64,000 nt of DNA from Planctomycetota bacterium. GTDB lineage: Bacteria > Planctomycetota > Planctomycetia > Pirellulales > Lacipirellulaceae. A model generated the notes under the pieces. It searched no databases and was not told the DNA's origin. It worked only from the letters and a program-made list of their open reading frames with translations. The stretch lies in the NCBI GenBank assembly GCA_039190745.1, contig JBCCXZ010000010.1, forward strand, positions 1-64,000, read 5' to 3'. Below, in pieces: positions 36,330-48,446 of this stretch (position 1 is its first letter; every line of letters starts with the position of its first letter). The translations under genes were made by a program, and so were the position numbers.

Positions 36330-37835
36330 CTAATACGCCCGGGCGAACACGCCTCGGCGGGTACTCGGCTGGCAGGTGAAGAGGCACTCGCCGGGGTCGT
36401 CCTCCGCGTCGAGAGGCACGCAGCGGGCGGTCACTTTCAGCTCTTTGAGCTTCCCCTCAATCTCGGGCGTGTCGACGAAACGGCAGTACGCCAGCCCGCC
36501 GGGGGAGCCCTCGGCGAAGAACTCCTCGAACTCGCCGAGCGAATCGATCGTCACCGTGGCGTCGGTGCGGGCCTGGGCGGCGCGGTCGAACAAGCCCTGC
36601 TGGATCTCCGCGAGTGTCGACGCGATGTTGGCCACGAACTCGTCGCGGGCGACGCCCTGCCCTTTCCCGCCGACGTCGCGGCGGGCGACAAACGCCTTTC
36701 CCTCGCCCACGTCGCGGGGGCCGACCTCCACCCGCAGCGGCACGCCGCGTTTGACCCACTGCCATTTCTTCTCGCCGCCGCGGATGTCGCGGTCGTCGAT
36801 CCGGACCCGCACGGCGGCTTTGTTGTAGGTTTGCGTTTCCAGTTCGGCCTTCAGTTTCTCGACGTAGGGCATCACCTGCCCGCGTTCGTCGTCGTTGCGG
36901 TAGATGGGGAGCAGCACCGCGTGCGCCGGGGCCAGCTTAGGCGGCAACACCAGGCCGTCGTCGTCGCTGTGCGTCATGATCAGCCCGCCGACGAGCCGCG
37001 TGGAGACGCCCCACGAGGTGGTCCAGGCGTAGACCTCTTCGCCCTTGTCGTCCTGGAACTTGATCTCCTGAGCCTTCGCAAAGTTTTGCCCCAGGAAGTG
37101 CGAGGTGCCCGCCTGCAGCGCTTTGCGGTCCTGCATCATCGCCTCGATGCTGTACGTGGCCACGGCGCCGGGGAACCGCTCGCCACTGGTCTTTTCGCCT
37201 TTGATGACCGGCATGGCCATGTCGCCCTCGGCGAACTCGGCGTAGACGTCGAGCATCTGCCGCGTCTCTTCTTGAGCCTCCTCGGCCGTGGCGTGCACGG
37301 TGTGGCCTTCTTGCCAGAGGAACTCAGCGGTCCGCAGGAACATCCGCGTCCGCAGCTCCCAGCGGACGACGTTCGCCCACTGGTTGATCAGGATCGGCAG
37401 GTCGCGGTACGACTCGACCCAACGTGAGAAGGTGGCGCCGATGATGGTCTCGCTCGTGGGGCGGACGATCAGCGGCTCCTCGAGCTTGGCGTTGGCCGCC
37501 GGCCGCAGGCCGCCCTCGGGGTCGGGCTCCAGCCGGTGGTGCGTCACCACGGCGCACTCCTTGGCGAACCCCTCGACGTGCTCGGCCTCTTTCTCAAGAA
37601 AGCTCATCGGGATGAACAGCGGGAAGTAGGCGTTCTCGTGCCCCGTGGCCTTGAACATGTCGTCCAGCCGCCGCTGGATGTTCTCCCAGATGGCGTAGCC
37701 CCAAGGCTTGATGACCATGCAGCCGCGGACGTCGGAGGTCTCTGCCAGGTCGGCTGCCTTGACCACCTGTTGGTACCACTCGGGGTAGTTCTCGGCGCGG
37801 GTCGGTGAAATCGCGTTCTTGGGGGGCTTGGCCAT
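36330..37835 (-). CDS. proS: Proline--tRNA ligase (archaeal/eukaryotic-like type)
   Basis: VRPTSET, NQWANVVRWE, FLRTAEFLWQEGH, QAGTSH.LGQNF; ends in RAY. Confidence 0.97.
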   Translation of the reverse strand: MAKPPKNAISPTRAENYPEWYQQVVKAADLAETSDVRGCMVIKPWGYAIWENIQRRLDDMFKATGHENAYFPLFIPMSFLEKEAEHVEGFAKECAVVTHHRLEPDPEGGLRPAANAKLEEPLIVRPTSETIIGATFSRWVESYRDLPILINQWANVVRWELRTRMFLRTAEFLWQEGHTVHATAEEAQEETRQMLDVYAEFAEGDMAMPVIKGEKTSGERFPGAVATYSIEAMMQDRKALQAGTSHFLGQNFAKAQEIKFQDDKGEEVYAWTTSWGVSTRLVGGLIMTHSDDDGLVLPPKLAPAHAVLLPIYRNDDERGQVMPYVEKLKAELETQTYNKAAVRVRIDDRDIRGGEKKWQWVKRGVPLRVEVGPRDVGEGKAFVARRDVGGKGQGVARDEFVANIASTLAEIQQGLFDRAAQARTDATVTIDSLGEFEEFFAEGSPGGLAYCRFVDTPEIEGKLKELKVTARCVPLDAEDDPGECLFTCQPSTRRGVFARAY

Positions 37836-37980
37836 GGCGGGCTGCGTCAGCTTGCTGGTGGTTTGCGGGGAAGCGTGAACGCGGCATTCTAGAGAATGGG
37901 CCGCCTGCGCGGAATCGCTCCTGAAGGAGGGGCCCGCGGAAGCGGTTTGGTTTTGGTAGGATGCTCGGTTTCCACAGCCG

Positions 37981-38007
37981 CCAGCGACGCGTAGCGTCGC
38001 GGCTATT
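37981..38007. repeat. 27-bp palindromic element (copy 2)
   Basis: CCAGCGACGCGTAGCGTCGCGGCTATT. Confidence 0.7.
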
Positions 38008-38028
38008 CTCTACTCTCATCCTGTTGCC

Positions 38029-39003
38029 ATGCCCTCCACCGAACGCAAATTCGTCAGCCAGCTCGGCCAGAACGAGCCGATCGACCAGGTCTTCATCGCC
38101 TCGGAGAAGCAGCTGCGGCCCAACCGCAACGGCAACCTCTACCTGCAGGTGGACCTCACCGACCGCAGCGGCTCGATCCAGACCCGCATGTGGAACGCCA
38201 GCGAGGACGACTACAAGGCGTTCGAGAACGGCGACTACGTGCACGTCGACGGCGCAACGCAGCTGTTCCAGGGCAACATCCAGCTGATCGCCAACCGCAT
38301 CCGCCGGGCCCGGCCGGACGAGGTCGACGAATCCGACTTCGTCACGCTGCAGACCGAAGACGTGGCGAAGATGCGCGGGCGGCTGGAAGCAATCCTCGGC
38401 GGCATCCAGTCGCAACCCATCGCCCGGCTGGCGAAGGCCTTCACCGGCGACGACGCCTTCATGAGCAAGTTCTGCCGCGCCCCCGCCGGCATGAAGAACC
38501 ACCACGCCTACCAGGGCGGCCTGCTGGAGCACGTGGTCTCGCTGATGGAGCTGGTACTGGTGGTGGCTCCAAAGTACCCGCAGCTCGACCAAGACAAGCT
38601 GCTGATCGGCGTGCTGCTGCACGACGCCTCGAAGGTGGACGAGCTCACCTACGACCGCGACATCGCCTATTCCGACGAGGGGCAGCTCCTGGGCCACATG
38701 GTGATGGCGATGACGCTGCTCGACGCGAAGGTGGCCGAGACGGTGCGCTCGGACGGCCAGCCGTTCCCGCAGCGGCTGCTCACCGAGATCAAGCACATGA
38801 TCGTCTCGCACCACGGCGAGTACGCGTACGGCAGCCCCAAGCTGCCGATGACGCTCGAGGCGCTCGCCCTGCACATGCTGGACAACCTCGACGCCAAGAT
38901 GGCGAGCTTCACGCAGCTGATGAAAGACTGCCCGAACGTCGACAGCCCGTGGACGCAGTACTTCTCACAGATCGGGCGGAAGCTGTACAAGCCGGAGTCT
39001 TAA
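38029..39003 (+). CDS. yhaM: YhaM-family OB-fold/HD 3'-5' exoribonuclease
   Basis: N-terminal OB fold; HHAY.GGLLEH, LLHD..K, SHHG.YAYGSP and DNLDAK. Confidence 0.88.
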   Translation: MPSTERKFVSQLGQNEPIDQVFIASEKQLRPNRNGNLYLQVDLTDRSGSIQTRMWNASEDDYKAFENGDYVHVDGATQLFQGNIQLIANRIRRARPDEVDESDFVTLQTEDVAKMRGRLEAILGGIQSQPIARLAKAFTGDDAFMSKFCRAPAGMKNHHAYQGGLLEHVVSLMELVLVVAPKYPQLDQDKLLIGVLLHDASKVDELTYDRDIAYSDEGQLLGHMVMAMTLLDAKVAETVRSDGQPFPQRLLTEIKHMIVSHHGEYAYGSPKLPMTLEALALHMLDNLDAKMASFTQLMKDCPNVDSPWTQYFSQIGRKLYKPES

Positions 39004-39048
39004 CGCGGGCTCTGATCGCCCGACTCCCAAACCCTTAGCTGGCTTTCT

Positions 39049-41352
39049 ATGCCCGACCTCGTCGACGCCATCCTCCGTCATGTGAACGACCCCAAGTACC
39101 GGCCGGTCAAGCCGCGGATTATTGCGAATAAGCTCGGCCTGCTGGCCGGCGACGACATCGCACGCGTCAAGAAAACCGTCAAAGGCTTGGTGCGTGAGGG
39201 CAAGCTCGCCTACGGTCCAAACCATTTGGTCTGCCCCATTGACCAGTCGCACCCGGCGGCGACGGTCGGCCAGCAACCGGCCAAGCGCGACCTGCCCAAG
39301 CACCTCGTCGGCACGTTCCGGCGGAACGACAACGGCTACGGCTTTGTGAAGCCCGAGGGGACGCCCGCCGCGGTGGGCCGCGACGCCGATGTGTATATCC
39401 CCGCCAATGGAGCCGGCGACGCGGCCAGCGGCGACATCGTGCGGATCCGGCTCTCGGGCAAGAAGGGCCGCATGGGGAAGTCCGAGGGGCAGATTGTCGA
39501 CGTCGTCGAGCGGGCCACCAACCGCTTCGTCGGCACCTACTTCGAGACCGGCGGCATGGGCCTGGTGCGCGTCGACGGCAAGGTTTTCGCCAACGCCGTG
39601 TACGTCGGCGACCCCGGCGCCAAGGGCGTGCAGGCGGACGACAAAGTGGTCATCGAGATGGTCCGCTTCCCCTCGCACAGCCGCGACGGCGAGGCGGTGA
39701 TCTCCGAGGTGATCGGAGCCCGCGGCGAGCCCGGTGTCGACACGCTCTCGATCGTCCACGAGTACGGCCTGCCGGGCGACTTCCCCGAAGACGTGATCGA
39801 GAACTCCCGCGGCCAGGCGGAGAAGTTCGACGAGTCGATCCCCCGCGGGCGGAAGGACCTCACCGGCGAGACGGTGATCACGATCGACCCCGTCACGGCC
39901 CGCGACTTCGACGACGCGATCTCGCTGGTGAAGCTCGACAACGGCCACTGGCTGCTCGGCGTACATATTGCCGACGTGTCGCACTTCGTGCGGCCGAAGA
40001 CGGCGCTCGACCGCGAGGCGAAAGACCGGGCCACGAGCGTCTACCTGCCGGACGAGGTGATCCCCATGATGCCGGAGGTGATCTCGAACAACCTCGCCAG
40101 CCTGCAGCCCGATCGGGTGCGTTATGCGATGACGGCCCGCATCGAGTTCACGCCCGAGGGGCAGCGCGTGGGGGCCGACGCGTTCAAGAGCGCGATCAAG
40201 AGCTGCCGGCGGTTCACTTACGAGGAGGTCGACAAGTTCCTCGACGAGAAGGGGCTGGTGAAGAACAACGCCGTCCAGAAGGAGGGCGTCGCGGAGACGC
40301 TCACCCCGCCTGTCGACGGGCTGCTGCAAGACATGTTCGCGCTCGCCATGACGCTCCGCCGGCGGCGGATGGAGCGGGGGTCTCTGGAACTCTCAATGCC
40401 GGAACTGGCGATCGACCTCGACAAGGACGGCCGCGTCACCGGAGCCCATCTGGAGCAAAACACCGAGAGCCACCAGATCATCGAGGAGTTCATGCTCGCG
40501 GCGAACGAGGCCGTCGCCGAGACGCTCGCCGAGAAGGGCCTCTTGTTCCTGCGGCGGATCCACGGCTCGCCCGACCCGCGGAAGCTCAAAGCGCTGAACG
40601 ACTTCGTCCGCGAGCTCGACCTCGATGCCGACAGCCTGGAGAGTCGCTTTGCGCTGCAGAAGCTGCTGGCCGACGTGAAGGGCGACCCCCGCGAGCACGC
40701 GGTGAACTTCGCCGTGCTCCGCTCGATGCAGCGGGCCAACTACGGCCCCGACGAGCAGGGGCACTTCGCCCTGGCGAGCGACTGCTACTGCCACTTCACC
40801 TCGCCGATCCGGCGGTACCCCGACCTGACTGTGCACCGGCTGATCGACGCCCTCAACCGCGGCAAGCCGCCCGAGCAGCACGAGAGCGAGCTCTTGCAGC
40901 TAGGCGACCACTGCAGCGAGCGCGAGCAGCGAGCCACCGAGGCCGAGCGCGAGCTGAAGAAGGTGAAGCTGCTGAACTATCTCTCCGACAAGATCGGCAT
41001 GGAGATGGACGGCATCGTCACGGGCGTAGAGAGCTTTGGACTGTTCATCATGGGCACCGAGCTGCCGGCCGAAGGTTTCGTGCACATCAGCGCGCTGTCG
41101 GACGACTACTACCGCTTCGAGCGCGTGGGGCACGTCATCAGCGGCCACCGTTCGGGCAACACCTACCGGCTGGGCGACCGCGTGCGGGTGGCGGTGGCCA
41201 CCGTGGACGTCGACCGGCGGGAGCTCGACTTCCGGCTGCTCGGCAAGGAGGGCCAGGCCGCGGGTTCCGCCAAGCGGTCGCGCAAGGCCAAGGGCAAAGG
41301 CAAGCACATGAAGTCGCACGGCCGTGGCGGCAAACCGAAGCGCCGCAAATAG
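39049..41352 (+). CDS. rnr: Ribonuclease R
   Basis: TIDP..ARDFDDA, IEEFMLAAN, HFTSPIRRYPDL, S1 domain and basic tail. Confidence 0.97.
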   Translation: MPDLVDAILRHVNDPKYRPVKPRIIANKLGLLAGDDIARVKKTVKGLVREGKLAYGPNHLVCPIDQSHPAATVGQQPAKRDLPKHLVGTFRRNDNGYGFVKPEGTPAAVGRDADVYIPANGAGDAASGDIVRIRLSGKKGRMGKSEGQIVDVVERATNRFVGTYFETGGMGLVRVDGKVFANAVYVGDPGAKGVQADDKVVIEMVRFPSHSRDGEAVISEVIGARGEPGVDTLSIVHEYGLPGDFPEDVIENSRGQAEKFDESIPRGRKDLTGETVITIDPVTARDFDDAISLVKLDNGHWLLGVHIADVSHFVRPKTALDREAKDRATSVYLPDEVIPMMPEVISNNLASLQPDRVRYAMTARIEFTPEGQRVGADAFKSAIKSCRRFTYEEVDKFLDEKGLVKNNAVQKEGVAETLTPPVDGLLQDMFALAMTLRRRRMERGSLELSMPELAIDLDKDGRVTGAHLEQNTESHQIIEEFMLAANEAVAETLAEKGLLFLRRIHGSPDPRKLKALNDFVRELDLDADSLESRFALQKLLADVKGDPREHAVNFAVLRSMQRANYGPDEQGHFALASDCYCHFTSPIRRYPDLTVHRLIDALNRGKPPEQHESELLQLGDHCSEREQRATEAERELKKVKLLNYLSDKIGMEMDGIVTGVESFGLFIMGTELPAEGFVHISALSDDYYRFERVGHVISGHRSGNTYRLGDRVRVAVATVDVDRRELDFRLLGKEGQAAGSAKRSRKAKGKGKHMKSHGRGGKPKRRK

Positions 41353-41447
41353 CCGCAGTAGTCGGACCCGCGGCCCTAGCACCGGCGTGTGGTTGCCCTA
41401 GAATCTAGGCTTCACCGCACAACCGCCCTGCCCCGCTGCTGCCCCGT

Positions 41448-42572
41448 ATGGCCGAACTCGCGAAGACCCCGCTGCACGACTGGCACGCCGCCCACGGCGG
41501 GCGGATGGTCGACTTCGCAGGGTGGTCGATGCCAGTGCAGTACACGTCGATCGTCGAAGAGCACATCGCCACCCGCACCGCGGCGGGGCTGTTTGACATC
41601 TCGCACATGGGCCGGCTGCTCGTCGGCGGCGACGACGCCGAGGGCTTTCTTGACGGCCTGTTCACCCGCCGGGTGACCGACTTGTCGCCCTCGCAGATCC
41701 GCTACTCGCTCGTCTGCAACGAGTCGGGGGGCGTGCTCGACGACGTGCTGGTATACCGGATGACCACCAACGACACGCGCCGCGAACCGACCGGCTTCGG
41801 CCTGGTAGTCAACGCCGACAACCGTGAAAAGATCGTCGCGCACCTGAAGCAGCACGCGGAGGGCAAGGCAGTCGACCTGGAAGACATCACCCACGAGTGG
41901 GCGATGATGGCGCTGCAGGGCCCGCGGGCGATCGAGCTGCTCGATCCGCTCGTAGAGCACGAGCTGACAAGCCTCCGCTACTACAACGGCGTGATGACCC
42001 CCTTCGCCGAAGTCGGCGGCTGCTACGTGAGCCGCACCGGGTACACCGGCGAGGACGGCTGCGAGGTGATCTGCGAGGCCGCCGCGGCGCCCACTATCTG
42101 GGAGACGCTCCATAAGGCCGCCACCGACGCGGGAGGCATGGCCGTCGGGCTCGGCGCCCGCGACACGCTGCGGCTCGAAGCGGGGATGCCGCTCTACGGG
42201 CACGAGCTGTCTGAAGAGATCAACCCCATCCAGGCAGGGCTCGCCTTCGCCGTGAACCTGAAGGACCGAACCTTCGTCGGCAGCGAAGCCATGGCCGCCG
42301 CCGGCAAGAACAAAACACAAGCCGTCCGCGTCGGCCTGCAGCTCGACGGCAAGCGGGTGGCCCGCGAAGGCAGCGTCGTGCTGCAGGGCGGCGAGCAGGT
42401 GGGCGAAGTCACCAGCGGCACGTTCTCGCCGACGCTCCAGAGGCCGCTCGCGATGGCGATGCTCAAGCCGACCGCCGCCGCGGCCGGGACGCACCTGGCA
42501 GTCGACATCCGCGGGCAGCAGCACGACGCCCACGTAGCGCCGCTGCCCTTTTACACGCGTGGCCAAGCGTGA
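41448..42572 (+). CDS. gcvT: Glycine cleavage T protein
   Basis: FAGWSMPVQY, FDISHMG, RTGYTGEDG and RLEAGMPLYG. Confidence 0.97.
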   Translation: MAELAKTPLHDWHAAHGGRMVDFAGWSMPVQYTSIVEEHIATRTAAGLFDISHMGRLLVGGDDAEGFLDGLFTRRVTDLSPSQIRYSLVCNESGGVLDDVLVYRMTTNDTRREPTGFGLVVNADNREKIVAHLKQHAEGKAVDLEDITHEWAMMALQGPRAIELLDPLVEHELTSLRYYNGVMTPFAEVGGCYVSRTGYTGEDGCEVICEAAAAPTIWETLHKAATDAGGMAVGLGARDTLRLEAGMPLYGHELSEEINPIQAGLAFAVNLKDRTFVGSEAMAAAGKNKTQAVRVGLQLDGKRVAREGSVVLQGGEQVGEVTSGTFSPTLQRPLAMAMLKPTAAAAGTHLAVDIRGQQHDAHVAPLPFYTRGQA

Positions 42573-42681
42573 ATGCAATCGGAGTGGCGTGGGCGGCAAG
42601 CCGGTGCGGCCGGCCGTCATTTGTTAAGCTGTAATCTTCAAGCCGGTAGAGCCAGAGGCGACTCAGGAGGACCCCCGACCG

Positions 42682-43086
42682 ATGCCAGACGTCAAGCCAG
42701 AAGAGTTGTTGTACGCCAAGACGCACGAGTGGGTGTCGATCAGCGAGGAGGGCGGCTCCAAGGTCGCGACGCTCGGCATCTCCGCCTTCGCGGTCGAGGC
42801 ACTCACCGACCTCGTGTTCATCGAGCTGCCGCAGGTCGGCAAGCAGGTCGAGAAGAGCGAGCCCTTCTGCGAGGTAGAGTCGGTCAAGGCAGTGAGCGAC
42901 ATCTACTCGCCGGTCGACGGCGAAGTGATCGCGGTGAACGAATCACTGCCCAACGAACTCGAGATCCTCGGCGATGACCCGTACGAAAAAGGCTGGATCG
43001 CCAAGATCAAGATCAGCGACGATTCCGGCCTGGCCGACATGCTCGACCACGCGGCCTACCAGAAGCAGTGTGAAGAGGAAAGTTAA
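42682..43086 (+). CDS. gcvH: Glycine cleavage H protein
   Basis: THEW; VESVKA lipoyl-Lys motif. Confidence 0.97.
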   Translation: MPDVKPEELLYAKTHEWVSISEEGGSKVATLGISAFAVEALTDLVFIELPQVGKQVEKSEPFCEVESVKAVSDIYSPVDGEVIAVNESLPNELEILGDDPYEKGWIAKIKISDDSGLADMLDHAAYQKQCEEES

Positions 43087-43094
43087 ATCCGAAC

Positions 43095-43212
43095 GGCGTA
43101 ATGACAAAGCCCGAGCGGGCTGAACAGAGTCCTTCATCGCCGTCAACGAAGTCCCGCCAACAACCCCCCGCCCGAAACATTCGGATTCCGTCATCCGGAA
43201 TCCGTCGTCACT
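43095..43212. repeat. Heptamer-type degenerate inverted repeat between gcvH and gcvPA
   Basis: GGCGTAATGACAAAGCCCGA ... TTCGGATTCCGTCATCCGGAATCCGTCGTCA. Confidence 0.45.
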
Positions 43213-43217
43213 TTCTT

Positions 43218-44594
<1,377 letters not shown>

Positions 44595-44603
44595 AGAAAC
44601 ACC

Positions 44604-46070
44604 ATGAAAAACACCCGCGACACCCAATCGCTGTTCGACCTCTCCAAACCCGGCCGCCGCGCCGCCCGGCTGCCGGCGTGCGACGTGCCCCAGCAGCCGC
44701 TCGAAGCGCTGCTGCCCGAGGGATCGTTCACCCAGTCGGCGCCGGAACTGCCGGAAGTCTCCGAGCCGCAGGTCGTGCGGCACTTCGTGAATCTCTCCAC
44801 GCAGAACATGTCGGTCGACACGCACTTCTACCCGCTCGGCAGTTGCACGATGAAGTACAACAGCAAGCGGAACGAACGCGCCGCCGCCCTGCCGGGCTTC
44901 GCCGACCTGCACCCGCTGCAGCCGGAGTCGACGCTCCAGGGCATGCTTGAGATGCTCTACGGCCTGCAGACCTACCTGCAGGAAATCTCCGGCTTGGGGG
45001 CCTGCTCGCTGCACCCCGCCGCCGGCGCCCACGGCGAGTACGCCGCCCTGCTCGTGGCGGCAGCCTACTTCCAAGACATCGGCGAAGAGCGCACCAAGGT
45101 GCTCGTGCCCGACAACGCCCACGGCACGAACCCGGCCAGCGCCGTCATGGCGGGCTTCGAGTCGGTCTCGGTGAAGACGACTGATTCTGGGTTCGTCGAC
45201 CTCGACGACTTCGAGGCGAAGCTGGACGACCAGATTGCCGTGTTCATGATCACCAACCCCAGCACGCTGGGGCTGTTCGAGGTGAACATGCAGGAGATCG
45301 CCGACCGGGTGCACGCCCGCGGCGGACTGATCTACCTCGACGGCGCCAACATGAACGCCATCCTCGGCATCTCACGGCCGGGCGACTTCGGCGTCGACAT
45401 GCAGCACTACAACCCGCACAAGACGTTCAGCGGCCCCCACGGCGGCGGCGGGCCGGGGGCGGGGCCGATCTGCGTGACCGACAAGCTCGCGCCCTACCTG
45501 CCGATGCCCGTCGTGCGGAAGCACGAGTCCGACGGCGGGGTACGCTACGCACTCGACCATGAAATGCCGAAATCGATCGGCCAGATCCGCTCGTTCTTCG
45601 GCAACGTCGGCGTGCTGCTGCGGGCCTACTGCTACATCCGCACGCACGGGCCCGACGGGTTGAAGAGCGTCTCGGAAAACGCGGTCCTCAACGCAAACTA
45701 CCTACTGAGCCGCGTCAAGCACATACTCCCCGTGCCGCAGGGCGACCGCTGCATGCACGAGTTCGTCGCCAGCGGGTCGGAGCTCAAGAGCGAAAAGGGC
45801 GTCACGGCGATGGACATCGCCAAGCGGCTGTTGGACTACGGCTTCCACGCCCCCACGGTCTACTTCCCCCTGACCGTGCCCGAGGCGATCATGGTCGAGC
45901 CGACTGAGACCGAGAGCAAAGAAACGCTCGACGCGTTCGCGGAGGTGTTGTTCCGGATCACCGAAGAAGACCCCGAGCTGCTGCACGAGGCGCCGCACAC
46001 CACCGCGATCAGCCGCCCCGACGAGGTGCAAGCCGCTAGGCAGCCGGTGCTCGCCTGCCCGATGTGCTAA
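44604..46070 (+). CDS. gcvPB: Glycine dehydrogenase subunit 2
   Basis: PLGSCTMKYN, AHGTNPAS and NPHKTF.GPHGGGGPG. Confidence 0.97.
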   Translation: MKNTRDTQSLFDLSKPGRRAARLPACDVPQQPLEALLPEGSFTQSAPELPEVSEPQVVRHFVNLSTQNMSVDTHFYPLGSCTMKYNSKRNERAAALPGFADLHPLQPESTLQGMLEMLYGLQTYLQEISGLGACSLHPAAGAHGEYAALLVAAAYFQDIGEERTKVLVPDNAHGTNPASAVMAGFESVSVKTTDSGFVDLDDFEAKLDDQIAVFMITNPSTLGLFEVNMQEIADRVHARGGLIYLDGANMNAILGISRPGDFGVDMQHYNPHKTFSGPHGGGGPGAGPICVTDKLAPYLPMPVVRKHESDGGVRYALDHEMPKSIGQIRSFFGNVGVLLRAYCYIRTHGPDGLKSVSENAVLNANYLLSRVKHILPVPQGDRCMHEFVASGSELKSEKGVTAMDIAKRLLDYGFHAPTVYFPLTVPEAIMVEPTETESKETLDAFAEVLFRITEEDPELLHEAPHTTAISRPDEVQAARQPVLACPMC

Positions 46071-46090
46071 AGGGGCGCCTTCAAGAGTCT

Positions 46091-46876
46091 GTGGCCGAAC
46101 CCGACTACCGCCTGATTCAGGACCCGCCCGGCGACGGCGCCTGGAACATGGCGGTCGACCAGGCGTTGCTTCACGCAGCTGCCGACGGCGGCCCCGTCAC
46201 GCTGCGGCTCTACCGGTGGGAGCGACCGACGCTGTCGCTCGGCTACTTCCAGGCGCACGCGGAGCGTGACGCCCACGCAGCAAGCCGGGGCGCCGACCTC
46301 GTGCGGCGCCAAAGCGGCGGCGGGGCGATCCTCCACGACCACGAGCTGACCTACAGCCTGGTCATACCGCCGGGGCGCCCGCTCGCGACGCAAACCCAGG
46401 CGCTCTACGACACGGTCCACGAGTCGCTCATCGCGATACTAACAGCGCTCCCTCCGCTGGCTGCCGACAGCGCATCTCTCCAACGGTTTGAAGCAGCCGA
46501 TGGCGCCTTGCCGACAAATGAGCCGTTTCTCTGCTTCGAACGCCGCTCCGCGGGCGACATCCTGCTCTCTTGCGGCAGCGGGTCCCACAAGATCGTCGGC
46601 AGCGCCCAACGCCGCTGGCGGGGAGCGGTTCTGCAGCACGGGAGTATCCTTCTGCGCAGATCGGTGTCTGCCCCAGAATTGCCCGGGTTCTGCGACCTCA
46701 CAAAAGCCGAGGAAAACGAAACCGAGCGTGCGCTCAGGCAAGAGTTGCCACAGCTGCTGACCGGCTCCGCGGGCGGCCCGTTCGAAGAGTCCAGCCTCCC
46801 AGACGGTCTGCACGAAGCCGCCGCCGCGATCGCCGTCGATCGCTACCGCAGCAAGCTGTGGACGCAGCGTCGCTAA
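46091..46876 (+). CDS. Lipoate-protein ligase/octanoyltransferase (LipM/LplA family)
   Basis: NMAVD, SLGYFQ, RRQSGGGA..HD, KIVGSAQ and LQHGS. Confidence 0.9.
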   Translation: MAEPDYRLIQDPPGDGAWNMAVDQALLHAAADGGPVTLRLYRWERPTLSLGYFQAHAERDAHAASRGADLVRRQSGGGAILHDHELTYSLVIPPGRPLATQTQALYDTVHESLIAILTALPPLAADSASLQRFEAADGALPTNEPFLCFERRSAGDILLSCGSGSHKIVGSAQRRWRGAVLQHGSILLRRSVSAPELPGFCDLTKAEENETERALRQELPQLLTGSAGGPFEESSLPDGLHEAAAAIAVDRYRSKLWTQRR

Positions 46877-47131
46877 CGGCGGCGGCCCCATTTGGTCGAT
46901 ACTGAGAAAGGCTGTTCCGACGAGGCGAACCTAGCCTCGGGCCGCCAAAGCCTATAATTCCTGTGGCCGGCTTTCTGGGCAGGCCCAACTCGTCGTGCTA
47001 GTATGTTTAGCTTAGGAACAGAGTAGGTCGTCTCGGCCTGCCGCGGGGTCCCGCCCCGCGTCCCGCCTAATGGGTGCCGTGGGGGCCCCGAAAGGGCGGA
47101 TTGAGCCGAAGAACGCCAAAGGTGTGCGCGT

Positions 47132-47824
47132 ATGGACGTCATCCTCAAGGTCATCAGCGGCGGCAAAAAAGGCGCTAAAGTTGCGCTCAAGAAGCCGGAA
47201 TTCCTCATCGGCCGCAGCCAAGAGTGCCACCTCACCGCCGGCACCAACTCAATCAGCCGCAAGCACTGCGCCATCCGCCGAGACGGCACGCGGGTGACGA
47301 TCGCGGACCTTGGCAGCCGCAACGGCACCAAGGTCAACGGCGAGAAGATCGCCGAAGAAACCGAACTGAAGAGCGGCGACGAAATCGGCGTCGGCCCGCT
47401 GCAGTTCATGATCACGATGTCCACGGGCATCGCGAATGAGAAGAAGCCGAAGGTGAAGTCCGTCGCCGAGGCCGCAGAACGGGCCGCCGAACGAGGCTCC
47501 GACAGCGGCAGCCACAGCGTGGCCGAGGAAGACATCACCGAGTGGCTGCTAGGGACGCCAGACCCCGCACCCGCGGTCACCGAAACGCAGACGATCCGCA
47601 TGGACGACACCGACGCGGTGCGCGTCCAGGCCGCGATCGCGACCGAGAATCAGAACGAAACATCTACCGAAGACAACGCGGAGGCCGCCGAGGCGGAAGG
47701 CGAAGAAGGCGACAACCCAGACCAGCCGGAACCGGGCAAACTCCCGCCGATCCCAAAAGAGACTACCAAAGACAGCCGCGAAGCGGCGGCCCAGGCCCTG
47801 CGGAACTGGAACCGCCGCCGGTAG
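47132..47824 (+). CDS. FHA domain protein
   Basis: IGR, SRKHC and DLGSRNGTKVNG. Confidence 0.92.
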   Translation: MDVILKVISGGKKGAKVALKKPEFLIGRSQECHLTAGTNSISRKHCAIRRDGTRVTIADLGSRNGTKVNGEKIAEETELKSGDEIGVGPLQFMITMSTGIANEKKPKVKSVAEAAERAAERGSDSGSHSVAEEDITEWLLGTPDPAPAVTETQTIRMDDTDAVRVQAAIATENQNETSTEDNAEAAEAEGEEGDNPDQPEPGKLPPIPKETTKDSREAAAQALRNWNRRR

Positions 47825-47849
47825 CGGCTTCTGTCTCGGTTTTCGCAGC

Positions 47850-48446
47850 CTAGAAGGCGGCGGCTTCTTCGGGCAACTCGGCGAGTTCGTCGCCGGCAGC
47901 TTGCTCATCCGCAGCTAGCCCATCGTCCCCGGCAGGGTTGTACTCGCCCGAAGCGAACGAGGCGTCGACGCTGGCCTCGCCCGTCGCGGCGACCGCGGCT
48001 TGCTCCGCCGGCGAGAGCTTCACGTAGCCAAGGCCGCGGACGACTTCCAGCACCTCGCTGCAAGTGGGGAACATCCGGCCGTTGTTCCGCTTGTACTCGT
48101 CCATGGCGTTCATGAACTCCACCTCTAGGTCGCTGTAGTCGCGTTCGCAGGTGGTGGGGTCGATCTGGCGCCGACGCTGTACCTTCTGGCGCCGCTCGCC
48201 GGTGGCGGGCACGGCCGGCTCAGAACCGTCCTCGTTCTCACGGCGGCGGTCGATCGTCACCAACTCCTCAGCCGGGTCGGCGGCCTTCTTCTTCGAGGCC
48301 TTTTTCTTCGCAGAATCCGAGGCCGCGGCCTTGGGGGAACGCTTGGAACCGGCCGCGCTCTTCTTGGCGGGGGCCTTGCGCTTGGCGGAGGCGGTCTTGG
48401 CGGAAGCGGACAACTTTTTGGACGAAGCGGTCTTCTTGGTCGGCAC
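47850..48446 (-). CDS. Hypothetical protein with Lys-rich N-terminus and [16 protein letters not shown] domain
   Basis: K/A/S-rich first 55 aa; FMNAMDEYK...FPTCSEVL helical domain. Confidence 0.75.
   Translation of the reverse strand: MPTKKTASSKKLSASAKTASAKRKAPAKKSAAGSKRSPKAAASDSAKKKASKKKAADPAEELVTIDRRRENEDGSEPAVPATGERRQKVQRRRQIDPTTCERDYSDLEVEFMNAMDEYKRNNGRMFPTCSEVLEVVRGLGYVKLSPAEQAAVAATGEASVDASFASGEYNPAGDDGLAADEQAAGDELAELPEEAAAF

Noticed and set aside
41352..41447. Possible glycine riboswitch before gcvT
   Set aside because: The interval is short and lacks the aptamer consensus
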